Shown: positions 19,712 through 30,500 of the stretch, in pieces | How the letters are laid out: every line of letters starts with the position of its first letter | How positions within the stretch are numbered: position 1 is the first letter of the stretch | Translations under genes and position numbers: made by a program | Origin: a virus | Length of the DNA stretch: 64,000 nt | Direction: 5' to 3' (one strand) | IMG/VR virus record: IMGVR_UViG_3300044953_000102 | Coordinates: 50,944-114,943 of that record | Notes under the pieces: generated by a model | Databases searched by the model: none | Seen by the model: the letters and a program-made list of their open reading frames with translations, nothing else | Told to the model about the DNA's origin: nothing

Positions 19712-19779
19712 GGTTGCAGGTTTGTTGGTTTCTGTAACAAACAGACAAGCCCTCACACTCGTGGGGGTTTTGTTTTATT
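19712..19779 (+). ncRNA. Candidate 3'-UTR-derived small RNA (hairpin with UUUGUUGGUU loop plus terminator)
   Basis: Stem 19713-19720/19731-19738; loop is the reverse complement of the AACCAACAAA boxes before three start codons. Function inferred. Confidence 0.4.
19745..19779 (+). terminator. Rho-independent terminator after fibre operon
   Basis: GCCCTCAC-ACTC-GTGGGGGT stem followed by TTTGTTTT. Confidence 0.8.
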
Positions 19780-19785
19780 AGTATA

Positions 19786-19816
19786 TTTGTTAAAGTCATT
19801 AATTTTTAGTATATTA
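19786..19816 (+). promoter_or_regulatory. Putative promoter TTTG-N20-TATATTA (a canonical TATATTTG also lies at 19782-19789)
   Basis: Recurring architecture; Bacteroidota -7 consensus TAnnTTTG. Confidence 0.55.
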
Positions 19817-19818
19817 AT

Positions 19819-20400
19819 ATGAGGGAATTTAATAAACCAAATGTAAAGGCTTCAAGGTATCGACCTGAAGTAAACACTATTTTAAACAAAGAGTTCTTTG
19901 AAAATTTTAAAAAGAAACATCCTAAGTATAAAGACTTAGATAATAAAATGCTTAGAAAAATTATTAAAAGGTTTAATCAAGTATTGCATCAAACAGTTAT
20001 TGATACAAGGGATGGTGTTCAGTTACCCGAACAAATTGGTTGGATCTTTATTGGTACTTGTGAGAGAAGTAAAAAGGACAATATTGATTATGCCAAATCA
20101 AACAAGTATGGTGTAAAGGTAACTAATAACAACTGGGACACAGATGGCAAACTAGCAAAAATATTTTTTACAAACTATGCTCCAAAACACAGAATGAAGA
20201 ACAGAGAATTTTGGGGGTTTCAAGCATGCAGAGATTTTAAAAGAGCAGTAGCTAAAACATATCCTGAAAATTGGAATATGTATGTACAAGTCTTACCAGA
20301 ATCAAAAATTAATAAAGTTTATAATAGTGTACTTTACAAGGATTATATGAATAAAGTTAAAACAAAAGCTCTTAAGAGCTATAATGAATTTGACATATGA
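19819..20400 (+). CDS. IHF/HU-like DNA-binding protein (crAss-like)
   Basis: Basic; RKIIKRFNQ...DGVQLPEQIGWIFI HU-fold pattern; conserved position before tail tube genes. Confidence 0.65.
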   Translation: MREFNKPNVKASRYRPEVNTILNKEFFENFKKKHPKYKDLDNKMLRKIIKRFNQVLHQTVIDTRDGVQLPEQIGWIFIGTCERSKKDNIDYAKSNKYGVKVTNNNWDTDGKLAKIFFTNYAPKHRMKNREFWGFQACRDFKRAVAKTYPENWNMYVQVLPESKINKVYNSVLYKDYMNKVKTKALKSYNEFDI

Positions 20401-21059
20401 CAACAATAGGTGAAGCCGTATCAAGAGTTAGAAATGCATTAAAAGCTGTTAAGGAAGATCCTTTCTTAACAGATAGAACTATTTATTATGCATTAACTAA
20501 GTATGGTCAGACACTTCTTAAAAGAGAAGACAATCAATTTAGACTAATGAAAATTAGTTCTATATTCAAGGTTCTTCCCTATATTGAACTTATTGATGTA
20601 GATAAAGTAGAAGCAGGATGTATTGGAGTATATTCTGGTTGTTACTTTAAAAGATCAAAAGAAAAACTACCTACTATATTTGATGGTGCTCTAGGTCCTA
20701 TTATACGTACTGTGTCTTCAATAGATGGTACAATAGAAATGTTTAGAACTGATCCAGGTACTTGGATTTCTATAACTAAATCTACAACTTTTAAATATAA
20801 TACAAGAAAATACTTTTGGTATTTAAACGGATACTTGTATGCACCAAATATTGATTGGGATGCTGTAAGAATGGAAGCAGTGTTTGAAGGTAAAGTAGAT
20901 GCATGTGATACAGATCCTTGTCTTATTAGACAAGATGATCCACTTCCTTTTCCAGAATATTTATTTTCTGAGGTAGAGCAATTTGTAATAAAAGAATTAA
21001 CTATAGCTATGCAAGTACCTACAGATGGTGCTGATGATAGTCAAAATGTACTTAGATAA
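20397..21059 (+). CDS. Tail ring/tube protein
   Basis: 220 aa; YFWYLNGYLY and DDPLPFPEYL motifs; ATGA overlap; synteny. Confidence 0.6.
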   Translation: MTTIGEAVSRVRNALKAVKEDPFLTDRTIYYALTKYGQTLLKREDNQFRLMKISSIFKVLPYIELIDVDKVEAGCIGVYSGCYFKRSKEKLPTIFDGALGPIIRTVSSIDGTIEMFRTDPGTWISITKSTTFKYNTRKYFWYLNGYLYAPNIDWDAVRMEAVFEGKVDACDTDPCLIRQDDPLPFPEYLFSEVEQFVIKELTIAMQVPTDGADDSQNVLR

Positions 21060-22057
21060 TGGACTTTAACTATACTCTTAAATATAGAACATTTGACCAA
21101 CTCTTGGAAGATGTAACTATTGACTTACATACTTTTGCTCTAGAAAATATGATAGAGCCTCAGCAACTTATAAAGCTTGTAAGAAAAGTTAATTATCAGT
21201 TAGGTCTTAGAATTAACCAAACAAAGGAAGTTATATTAGATGTAACTCATCACAAAGTAAAATTACCGGATGATTTTTATACATTCAATTATGCACTTAT
21301 TTGTGGTGATTTTAAAGAAGTAATAGGTTATGATGGTATGGCTGGTGGTACAAATATTCAAGAATTACCATATACTGATTGGCCAAATAATATTACAGAG
21401 TGTGGTTGTCCTGTAGATAACACATGTTGTTTAAATGGTAAAGAAGGAATATGCATTACACATAATCCACAAGAACCATATGGTGATCCATTAGCAAAAC
21501 CAAGGGTGTTTCTAAATTGTAAGAATGAGGCATATGAACTTATTCAAGTGATTAATCCAAGTGTAACTAGATTATTTAGATATCTCAAACCTTTGAGAAT
21601 GAAATCTAGTCAAGAGATTGAATGTGAATGTCCAAATCTTTATTATAATACTGCAGATCAAGGTTGGATTAAAGATGGATTTTTAAATACAACATTTGAA
21701 TGTGGTAAAGTATATTTAAATTATCAGGGAGATATGACTGATGACAATGGACACTTGCTTGTTCCAGATCATGAGTTACTTAATGAATATTATGAGTATG
21801 CATTAAAATCTAGAATCTTTGAAAATTTATTTTTAAATGGTGAAGATGTTTCACAAAGAATGCAAGTTGTTGAAACTAGACTTAGAGAGGCTAGAAATAA
21901 TGCTATTAGTTTAGTTAATACACCAAACTTTAGAGAAATGGAAAAACTTTGGTGGACAAATAGAAAAGCAATGTATGGCAAGTATTACTATATGTTTATG
22001 AGCCATTCACCAAATAATCCATACATAAGAGGAAATACAAACAATAGAGTTCTTTAA
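21059..22057 (+). CDS. Tail tubular protein (P22 gp4-like ring)
   Basis: GFLNTTFECGKVYLNY..DDNGHLLVPD motif; immediately upstream of muzzle/Tstab. Confidence 0.65.
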   Translation: MDFNYTLKYRTFDQLLEDVTIDLHTFALENMIEPQQLIKLVRKVNYQLGLRINQTKEVILDVTHHKVKLPDDFYTFNYALICGDFKEVIGYDGMAGGTNIQELPYTDWPNNITECGCPVDNTCCLNGKEGICITHNPQEPYGDPLAKPRVFLNCKNEAYELIQVINPSVTRLFRYLKPLRMKSSQEIECECPNLYYNTADQGWIKDGFLNTTFECGKVYLNYQGDMTDDNGHLLVPDHELLNEYYEYALKSRIFENLFLNGEDVSQRMQVVETRLREARNNAISLVNTPNFREMEKLWWTNRKAMYGKYYYMFMSHSPNNPYIRGNTNNRVL

Positions 22058-22059
22058 TT

Positions 22060-25000
22060 ATGGCGAAATATCAAGGATTACAAGATACTAGCAAATCTTT
22101 TACTAATTCATTTACTAAAGGATTAAATAAAGACTCAGACCCTTCATTTGTACAAGAAGGGATGTGGACACATGCTATCAATGTTGTAAATAATACAATT
22201 GAAGGTGACGTAGGTACATTATCTAATGAAACATCAAATATCTTATGTGCCTCAGTAGGTAGATCAATGCCTGCAACAGTAACTGAAAAATTTATTCTGG
22301 GTGCAATTTATTTATACTCTGATAAATGGATAATTTATTCTGTAGGTTATAATGCAATAGGATTAGCCGTTACTTCAGAAATAGGATTGCTTGAAGAAGA
22401 TGTTTGTACATATAGAGAAATAGTTCAAGATCCTTGTTTAAGCTTTGATAAGCATTACCTTATATCTGGAGCATCAAGGGAAAAAGAAGATTGTTCTTGG
22501 CAAGTATATTGGGCAGATGGTTTAAATCCAGATAGATTTTTAAATATAGGAGATCCTAAACTTTGGCCAACTCCAGATTATCAGTGGGTAGGGGGAACAA
22601 TCAATATGAATTTCTATTCTAATGGTTCAGATACAACCTTTCTTTGGCCTGGAGTTCAATGGGAACAAACTTGTCCTACTCCTGCACCAGCTGGTGGTGG
22701 ACCATATGTTTTAGATTGTGAGCATTGTAGAGATGTAAATAAATTAGATTGTCCTAAAACAAGAATTGCAAGACTAATGGAAACACCATGTCTTAATTTA
22801 ATATTAGGTCAATCTGGTGGGACACTTGCCAACGGTACATATTTTGCAGTAATAGCATATTCAATAAAAGGTCAAAAAGTAACTGATTGGTTTTCTCAAA
22901 GTAATTTTCAGTTTGTTTATACAGAAAATGACTTAGAGGGTTCTTTAACTGTTGAGGTAAGTGCTGACTCAGAAAATTTTGATGAGTTTATTCTAGCAAT
23001 AGTAGAATCAACAAATCAACAAACAGTAGCTACACAGATGGGAATTTATTCTACTAAAACTAGTAGAATTGCTATTGATCAAATTAATCCAAGTAATATT
23101 AAAATCCCATTAGAACAAATACCCATACAAACACCAGTATTTGAAACATCTGATCAAATGACAGATGTTAATGGATATTTAATGAGGGTAGGACCCAGAT
23201 CTAAATTTGATTTTAATTATCAACCTCTCGCTAATTTAATTAGAGCTAAATGGACAAGTGTTGAATACCCGGCAGATTATTATGTAAAGGGTGGTAATAA
23301 AACAAATTATCTTAGAGATGAAGTATATACTTTTTATATAAGATGGATTTATGATACAGGAGATAAATCAGCATCATATCACATTCCTGGTAGGCCCTCA
23401 AAGAATTTTCAAATTCCAGGAGGGATATCTATGGCTGAGACAGATTTCTTTAATGTAACAAATGATAAAAACGTATTAGCAACAGATGACCAAGTATTTG
23501 AAGTATATAACACAGCTTCATTTAGTCCATATCCTACAACATTACCTGGAGCAACACTTGTAAATGGTAAATGGGTTTTACCAGATGGAGGTACATTACT
23601 TGCTGTTGGTGAGATGGGTTATTGGCAATCATCAGAAAGATACCCAAATAATAGACCAGATATATGGAATCCAAGTAAATATTGTTGGACTGGTCCTGCT
23701 GCACAAATTCAACCTGGTCAAACAGAAGGTTACTATGATCTTTGTGGTAAAAACATAAGACATCATAAATTTCCAGAAGACTTTATAAATAATAGTGCTA
23801 ATACAGAAGTAATGCACTTTAGACCTACAACAAATGCAGCAACATCTGGAGATGAATACTTTATAAGGATCATGGGAGTAATGTTTGAAAACATTATTCT
23901 CCCTAAAGATCAAGATGGAAATGATATTCCTGGTATTGTAGGTTATGAAATATTAAGAGGTTCAAGAGAAGGTAACAAAACTATTGTTGCTAAAGGAATG
24001 GTAAATAACTTTAGGACATTTGAGTTAAAAGGTGCACTTGCAAAAAACAGAACAGGGTTATATCCTAACTATCCATATAACACAATACAACCAATTGGTT
24101 GGTCAATAAATCAAAATGACCATAACTATAATGTGAATGATCCTTATATAAAAAATGTAGGTAATAATAATGATGTAGTTAATCAAGATATACCAACTGA
24201 TATATTTACATTTCATTCTCCGGATACAATGTTCCGGACTCCGTTTCTTTCTACTACAGAATTTAAACTGTATGGATCATTAAATGGGTATGCTGATATG
24301 AATTTTCAGGAACCTAATGGTCATCCTAAATTTAAACTGCTTTCTGATTATGTGGTTTTACCAATGATTATAGCTGGAGTTGCAGAAGCAATAATATCTA
24401 TGATTGGTAGAAGAACTATTAATTCTCCAACTATTGTTCCAGGTTCAGGTGCAAGTGATGCAGCAGGTGCTGCTTCTGCAGCAGCTTTAGCAGCAATGCC
24501 AATTGTTACTGGTGCAGCTGCGTCATACAATGCATTTATTGGATCATATTATAGTTCTGGTCAAGCATTAGCAGATGTTTTTTTAATGTTAGCTGGTGGA
24601 TATGGTGCAACACAACTTTCAGCTTTTGATCAAGGTCTTGCTGCTGCCACAGCTGCTGCAGCTACATCAAATGTAGTAGTTCCTGCAACAATAGCTGGAA
24701 CAATAGAATTACCAGATTTTGCATATTTAGATCCAATAACAAGAACTCTTGGAGCATTAAATCAAATTGTATATTATTTTTCAGAAGGTGCAGATATTGC
24801 ATTAAAAATATTTTATGCAATTACACCATATAGACAATATGCATTACAACAAGTAAGTCATGGATATTATAACACTATGTCTAGAATTTCTAATTCTTTA
24901 TTGAAAAGATTTAGAATAGATGACAGTTTTTACATGAGAGATAATATTCAACAAGTATCTAAATATCAAGATGTTACAACTGGTAATTATTATAATTATA

Positions 25001-27561
25001 CAATTAATAATTTACAAAGATCTGATGCTGTTGTAATTAGAACAATGTCTGGTCCACAATATTTGGGTGGTGTAAATATTGGACCACATCTAATAACATC
25101 AGGTTTTCAAGATAAATCACTAGTTACTTTAGGAACTCTAGTTCAAAATAGTTCTGATCCTGCAATTTTACCAGGACTTCTTCCAGATTTTAATGATGAT
25201 AAAAAAGACTTACCATTTAGTTTACAAATAGCAAGTCATTATGGTGCAATCAAAGGAAGAGTGAGAAATCAATATGGTCAATTGGGTAGTGAATTTCAAA
25301 CAGTTATTACACCATGTGAACAAAAATTATCAAATTATAATGTACAACCTGCCGGGTGGATTTGTCCTACAATTAATGGACAAAATTATAGTGCAAATGT
25401 AATTACAAGAACTCCAATATTTTTTGGAGGAGATACTTATATAAATAGATATACGGAGAAGAACAACATGATGTTCTTTTATAATTGGTTATATGGACAA
25501 CCAGATGGGTTTGAATATAACTACTTCTTATATAGTATGATACCAAGTGCAAGATTTGCTACAAATAGTATTGCATATGATCCAGGAGATTTAGCAGAAG
25601 TTTTTAATTTTAATTCTCCTGCTGTACCTGGTACAGGTGCATTTCCAGGAAGATTTTATAATTTGGACTACTATGTACCAGGTATACTTGGTAATAGAAA
25701 ATATAATTATAATGATGATACTAAAGGTGGTTCTCCAGGATTTTTTCCTTTTCAAAATTTTGTAGAAAGAGAAAAAGGTTTATGGTCAGTAAGAGATGCA
25801 TACTTTTATTTAGCTAACTCAGGAGTAAGGGATTTCTTTGTTGAATCTGAAGTACTTATTGATTTTAGAAAACAAAGTACAAGAGAGGGTGGTAAACATT
25901 ATGATCCTTATAAATATACTGATATTGAAGCTATGTTTGATATGAACCCAGATATTATGGGTAGACTTAGTGAATATATCTATGATTACTCATTAAGTGT
26001 TTCTAAACTATACAATCAATATTTTTCTGTAGGTAGTTTACAATCAAGATATTATGACCCAGAAGTAGCTAAATATTGTTACACATATTATCCAGATAGA
26101 ATAATTTATTCATTACCTCAACAAGATGAAGCAATAAAAGATAGTTGGTTTATCTATTTAGTAAATAACTATAAGGAATTTAAAGGGCAAATATCTGGTG
26201 TTAAGTCAATTAACAAATCTGGTATATTTATTACTTTTAAAAATGAAAGCCCATTAATGTATCAAGGTGTAGATACACTTGAGACAGATTTAAATACTAA
26301 GATTACTATTGGGGATGGTGGATTATTTTCTCAGCCACAACAATCTGTTTCTAATGCCGATAAGGCATATGAATATGGATCATCACAAAATAGATTATCT
26401 GTAATATCTACACCAGCAGGTATATTCTATATGTCTCAAAATCAAGGTAGAATATTTAGTTATGGTCAAGGTTTACAAGAGATATCCCAATCAGGATTAA
26501 AGTGGTGGTTTATTTTATATATGCCATATCAATTAACTTTAGATTTTCCTGAATATCCTTGGACAGATAATCCTGTAGCTGGTATTGGATGTCAAGCAAC
26601 TTATGACAGTTCTAGTGCAGTTCTTTATTTTGCTAAAAAAGACTACCGTCTTAAAAAAGAATTTAAAGGAAGAGTTACATATGAACCATTAGATAGAAAA
26701 GGATTTGGAGATGTTTTTATTCTTGATGGATCTAAAAATTCTAAATACAGACTAGGAGATCCTTATCTTTTTGATGATGCTTCTTGGACAGTGAGCTATG
26801 ACCCTAAACAACAATACTGGGTAAGTTTTCATGACTGGCATCCTGATTTATTAATACCAACTAAAGATATATTCTTAAGTACAAAAGGTAATGGTATATG
26901 GAAACATAATTTTATCTGTGATGGTTTCTGTAATTTCTATGGTCAACAATATGGCTTTGAAATAGAATTTCCAATTGTTACTGGTCAAACAGTAATGACC
27001 ACTAGATCAATGGAATATATTTTAGAAGCATACAGAAGACGTGGTGATAGTTGTATAGATCAACATCATGTTCTTGATTACAACTTTGATACAGCTGTAG
27101 TTTATAATTCAGAACAAGTTTCCGGATACTTAAATTTAAATATATATCCTAAGAACGATATTAATCTATCACTACAATATCCTAAGATAGGTACAAACCA
27201 GTCTTCATACGATATATTATTTTCTAAAGAAGAACAGAAGTATAGATTCAATCAATTCTGGGATATTACAAAAGATCGTGCAGAGTTCCCTATAGGTTCT
27301 AATTATCCTCCTACAGGTCCATTAGTTCCAGGTACTACTCAACTTCTTGGTAATTACTCTTCTGAAAATACTTGGATTACAGCTGCAGATGGATACAGTA
27401 GAATATTAAATCCAAATAATATGGATTATAGTAAACCTGAATTGCAAAGAAAAAAATTCAGACATTACTTGAATTTCTTAAATTTAAGAAAAGAGCAGTG
27501 TAATGATGTTAACGTCATACTCAAAATGTCAAATAGTAAAAATCAATATTCTTCAAGGTAA
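22060..27561 (+). CDS. Tail stabilisation/muzzle protein (P22 gp10-like)
   Basis: 1833 aa; NSFTKGLNKD N-terminus, YLRDEVYTFYI, FFGGDTYINRY and WTVSY..WVSFHDW motifs recalled for crAss Tstab. Confidence 0.8.
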   Translation: MAKYQGLQDTSKSFTNSFTKGLNKDSDPSFVQEGMWTHAINVVNNTIEGDVGTLSNETSNILCASVGRSMPATVTEKFILGAIYLYSDKWIIYSVGYNAIGLAVTSEIGLLEEDVCTYREIVQDPCLSFDKHYLISGASREKEDCSWQVYWADGLNPDRFLNIGDPKLWPTPDYQWVGGTINMNFYSNGSDTTFLWPGVQWEQTCPTPAPAGGGPYVLDCEHCRDVNKLDCPKTRIARLMETPCLNLILGQSGGTLANGTYFAVIAYSIKGQKVTDWFSQSNFQFVYTENDLEGSLTVEVSADSENFDEFILAIVESTNQQTVATQMGIYSTKTSRIAIDQINPSNIKIPLEQIPIQTPVFETSDQMTDVNGYLMRVGPRSKFDFNYQPLANLIRAKWTSVEYPADYYVKGGNKTNYLRDEVYTFYIRWIYDTGDKSASYHIPGRPSKNFQIPGGISMAETDFFNVTNDKNVLATDDQVFEVYNTASFSPYPTTLPGATLVNGKWVLPDGGTLLAVGEMGYWQSSERYPNNRPDIWNPSKYCWTGPAAQIQPGQTEGYYDLCGKNIRHHKFPEDFINNSANTEVMHFRPTTNAATSGDEYFIRIMGVMFENIILPKDQDGNDIPGIVGYEILRGSREGNKTIVAKGMVNNFRTFELKGALAKNRTGLYPNYPYNTIQPIGWSINQNDHNYNVNDPYIKNVGNNNDVVNQDIPTDIFTFHSPDTMFRTPFLSTTEFKLYGSLNGYADMNFQEPNGHPKFKLLSDYVVLPMIIAGVAEAIISMIGRRTINSPTIVPGSGASDAAGAASAAALAAMPIVTGAAASYNAFIGSYYSSGQALADVFLMLAGGYGATQLSAFDQGLAAATAAAATSNVVVPATIAGTIELPDFAYLDPITRTLGALNQIVYYFSEGADIALKIFYAITPYRQYALQQVSHGYYNTMSRISNSLLKRFRIDDSFYMRDNIQQVSKYQDVTTGNYYNYTINNLQRSDAVVIRTMSGPQYLGGVNIGPHLITSGFQDKSLVTLGTLVQNSSDPAILPGLLPDFNDDKKDLPFSLQIASHYGAIKGRVRNQYGQLGSEFQTVITPCEQKLSNYNVQPAGWICPTINGQNYSANVITRTPIFFGGDTYINRYTEKNNMMFFYNWLYGQPDGFEYNYFLYSMIPSARFATNSIAYDPGDLAEVFNFNSPAVPGTGAFPGRFYNLDYYVPGILGNRKYNYNDDTKGGSPGFFPFQNFVEREKGLWSVRDAYFYLANSGVRDFFVESEVLIDFRKQSTREGGKHYDPYKYTDIEAMFDMNPDIMGRLSEYIYDYSLSVSKLYNQYFSVGSLQSRYYDPEVAKYCYTYYPDRIIYSLPQQDEAIKDSWFIYLVNNYKEFKGQISGVKSINKSGIFITFKNESPLMYQGVDTLETDLNTKITIGDGGLFSQPQQSVSNADKAYEYGSSQNRLSVISTPAGIFYMSQNQGRIFSYGQGLQEISQSGLKWWFILYMPYQLTLDFPEYPWTDNPVAGIGCQATYDSSSAVLYFAKKDYRLKKEFKGRVTYEPLDRKGFGDVFILDGSKNSKYRLGDPYLFDDASWTVSYDPKQQYWVSFHDWHPDLLIPTKDIFLSTKGNGIWKHNFICDGFCNFYGQQYGFEIEFPIVTGQTVMTTRSMEYILEAYRRRGDSCIDQHHVLDYNFDTAVVYNSEQVSGYLNLNIYPKNDINLSLQYPKIGTNQSSYDILFSKEEQKYRFNQFWDITKDRAEFPIGSNYPPTGPLVPGTTQLLGNYSSENTWITAADGYSRILNPNNMDYSKPELQRKKFRHYLNFLNLRKEQCNDVNVILKMSNSKNQYSSR

Positions 27562-30500
27562 TGTATAATAAAAAAATTCTTATTGATGCGCTAAAGAAGT
27601 TAGGAAGTGCCAAAGCTCCAGCTCAAAAAAAAGACATAGTAGTAGGTTCAAATAATCCTACTGAAATGTTTGCTATGCAAAAAGGTTTTTCACCATATGA
27701 CAAAAAGTTAAATGTAAAAAAATCTAACATACATGGTAAAGGTTTATTTACTGAACAACCACTTAAAAAAGGAGAACTAATTGGTTTAGCACATGTTAAT
27801 AATCAACCTACACCTATTGTTGGTAATTTTCATAATCATTCTGAAAATAATGCAACAGCATTAAGTATACGTAGGGGTAATCAAAGATATTTAGTTGCTG
27901 CAAAAGATTTAGAACCCGGTACAGAAATTACAACTAATTATAGATTGCAACCTGAATTAGGTCAACCAGAAGATTTTTTACATTCAATAAATGAAACTCC
28001 TACTGCTAGACGTGGTGGTTCAGCTCCAAAACTTCCAAATAAAAAAAACTCAAGAGCCTACTCAAGAAGTCTTGATGCTACTAATAGACTATTTGCAGAA
28101 CATCCTTGGTTTAAAAAATCTAAATCTAGAAAGAATAAGATTTATGATCCTAATGCTAAATACTATCAGGATGGTGGAGAACAAGGATGTCCAGAAGGTT
28201 ATACATACAATCCAGAAACAAAAAGATGTACAAGAAAAAACACAAATTGTCCTGAAGGTTATTTCTTTGATGCACAAGAAGGAAGATGTAAATCTAAAGC
28301 TTATAGAGAAAAATTTGAATTATATAATAAAGGCACTAAAATTACACCAACTGAAGAAGAAGAATCTTATTCTTATTGGCCAGATGATCTTACTTTAAAA
28401 TATCTAGATAAAGATATAATGAATAATCCAGAAGGTTCTGAAGTTAATAGACCATTTTTAATAAACCCTATTAAAACAATTGGTATTTATAATCCTGAAA
28501 GAGAATATGAAGAAGATATTGATGACAGATATCTAGCTGATACATACGTTAATGTATATCCAGATTTAAATTACCAAGTAGTTGTAGATCCTAGTAAGCC
28601 AAAAGGATATAATGCAGACAAATCTATATACTATGTTCCTGATGAGAATAATTTTGAATTTGAAAAATTTAAACAATATAAAAAACTAAAAGAAATTGAA
28701 AAAGAAAACTTATCAAATCTTGCAAAATATCCAAATTTAATAACAAAAGAATGGCAAGAAGATTATAAGTATCGTCCACAGGATGATCCTAAACTATTTT
28801 TAGATGCTGAATATTATGGTCAAGGTCTTCCGGGTTATTATACAAACCTAACAAACATGCCTTTTGATAAATATAAAAATTCAATAAAAAGAGAATTTAA
28901 TACGGGTTGTAAAGATTGTAAATATCATTATGGTATAAGTCATGAATATAATGATGATTATAATATCAACTTAATTAATCTTGGACATGTAAAAAAAGGT
29001 CTTAAAAGCAATGACCCTTCTTATGACATAAGAAATATAAAAGAATATGATTATGTAGATCTTCCAGATGAATCTATAATACCAAGATTTGACTTAGAAT
29101 CTGCTGATACAGAACCACCTATTTATAGAGAAGGTGATCCAAGTATGCTAGTACCTCATATGAGATTAGAACCTGGCAAAAAAAAATCTAAAAAACATAG
29201 AGGACGTTTAATGTATGGTAAAGGTCAAAAATATAAATGGACTACTTATAGACAAACTAAAGATTTAGAGTTTGGTACACATAAAACTAATAGACCTATA
29301 CCAGCTTTAGTTCAAAAATTTACAGGTTATGATCCTAAATATTATCAAGGTTATGATAAAGAAGTAGGTGATGAAACTGAATTTGTTCCTGGAGAAATTG
29401 AAAGAGCAGAGCAAGAAGGAAGAAAAGTTAACTTTAAAGGTGCGGCTACACTTAGAGATTTAAAAAAACAAAAGGAGTATGAAAGACAATGGTTAGAATA
29501 TCAAAAACAAAAAGATGAAGTAAGACAAAGAAATGAGGATTACTTAAAACAATATAATATTACCCCTGAAGAATATGAACAATACTATGGTCCTTTTAGA
29601 AGAGGAGGACAATTACCTAAAGCTCAATATGGAATACCACAAGAGTTTTATCAAAACTGGTATCAAAATAGGGTAATGCCTACTCCAGAAGGACAAAAAC
29701 TTTTAGATAAAATACGTCCTGAAGCTTTAGAAAGATCAAGACAAATGATACCTTATATTTATTCTGATAAACTAAAACTAGATGATGCAGGATATTATGA
29801 TACAAAAACTCAAGAAATAATTTTAAATAAGTTTTTACCAGAAGCACAAATAGAAGCTACAAAACAACACGAGTTTGGACATCATATACAAGCAGGAAAT
29901 AAATTTTATAATGTTTTAGATAAACCACATCAATTTCTTGTTGAACAAAATATTGTAGAGCCTGAAAAAATAAGTACAGGAAATTCAGAATGGGATGAAA
30001 AATTAAAAGAAAACTATGATTATGTAACTCAACCAGACGAAATGCATGCAAGAGTAATGACTCTTAGAAGATTAGCTGGATTTCAACCTAATCAAGTTAT
30101 TACTGAAAAAGATCTTAAAGATTATTTTAATAGAGTAAAGGAAGCTGGGGAAGCATTAGACCCAGATATAGAAGATCTAAGAGGAGTTACTAAAGGAAAT
30201 CAATCTATAGTAAATCTATTAAATGATATGGTCTCTGTTCCTAGTAATAGAGAAGATTTACAAGTTGCTAAGTATGGTGTTGAATTAGATCTTACAGAAG
30301 ATGAAATTAAAAAATATGTGGATAGAGGTTATGTGGTAGAAGACATTTCTATACCTTCATTAACAAAGATGAAAAAAGGTGGTTTACCTTGTCCACCTTT
30401 TTGTTCACCATTAATTGAACTTTCAAAAGGCTTGTCATCTATTGCACAAAATATTCCAAAAACAAATTTTTTAGGAAGGGGAATAGCAAATACTGCAACA

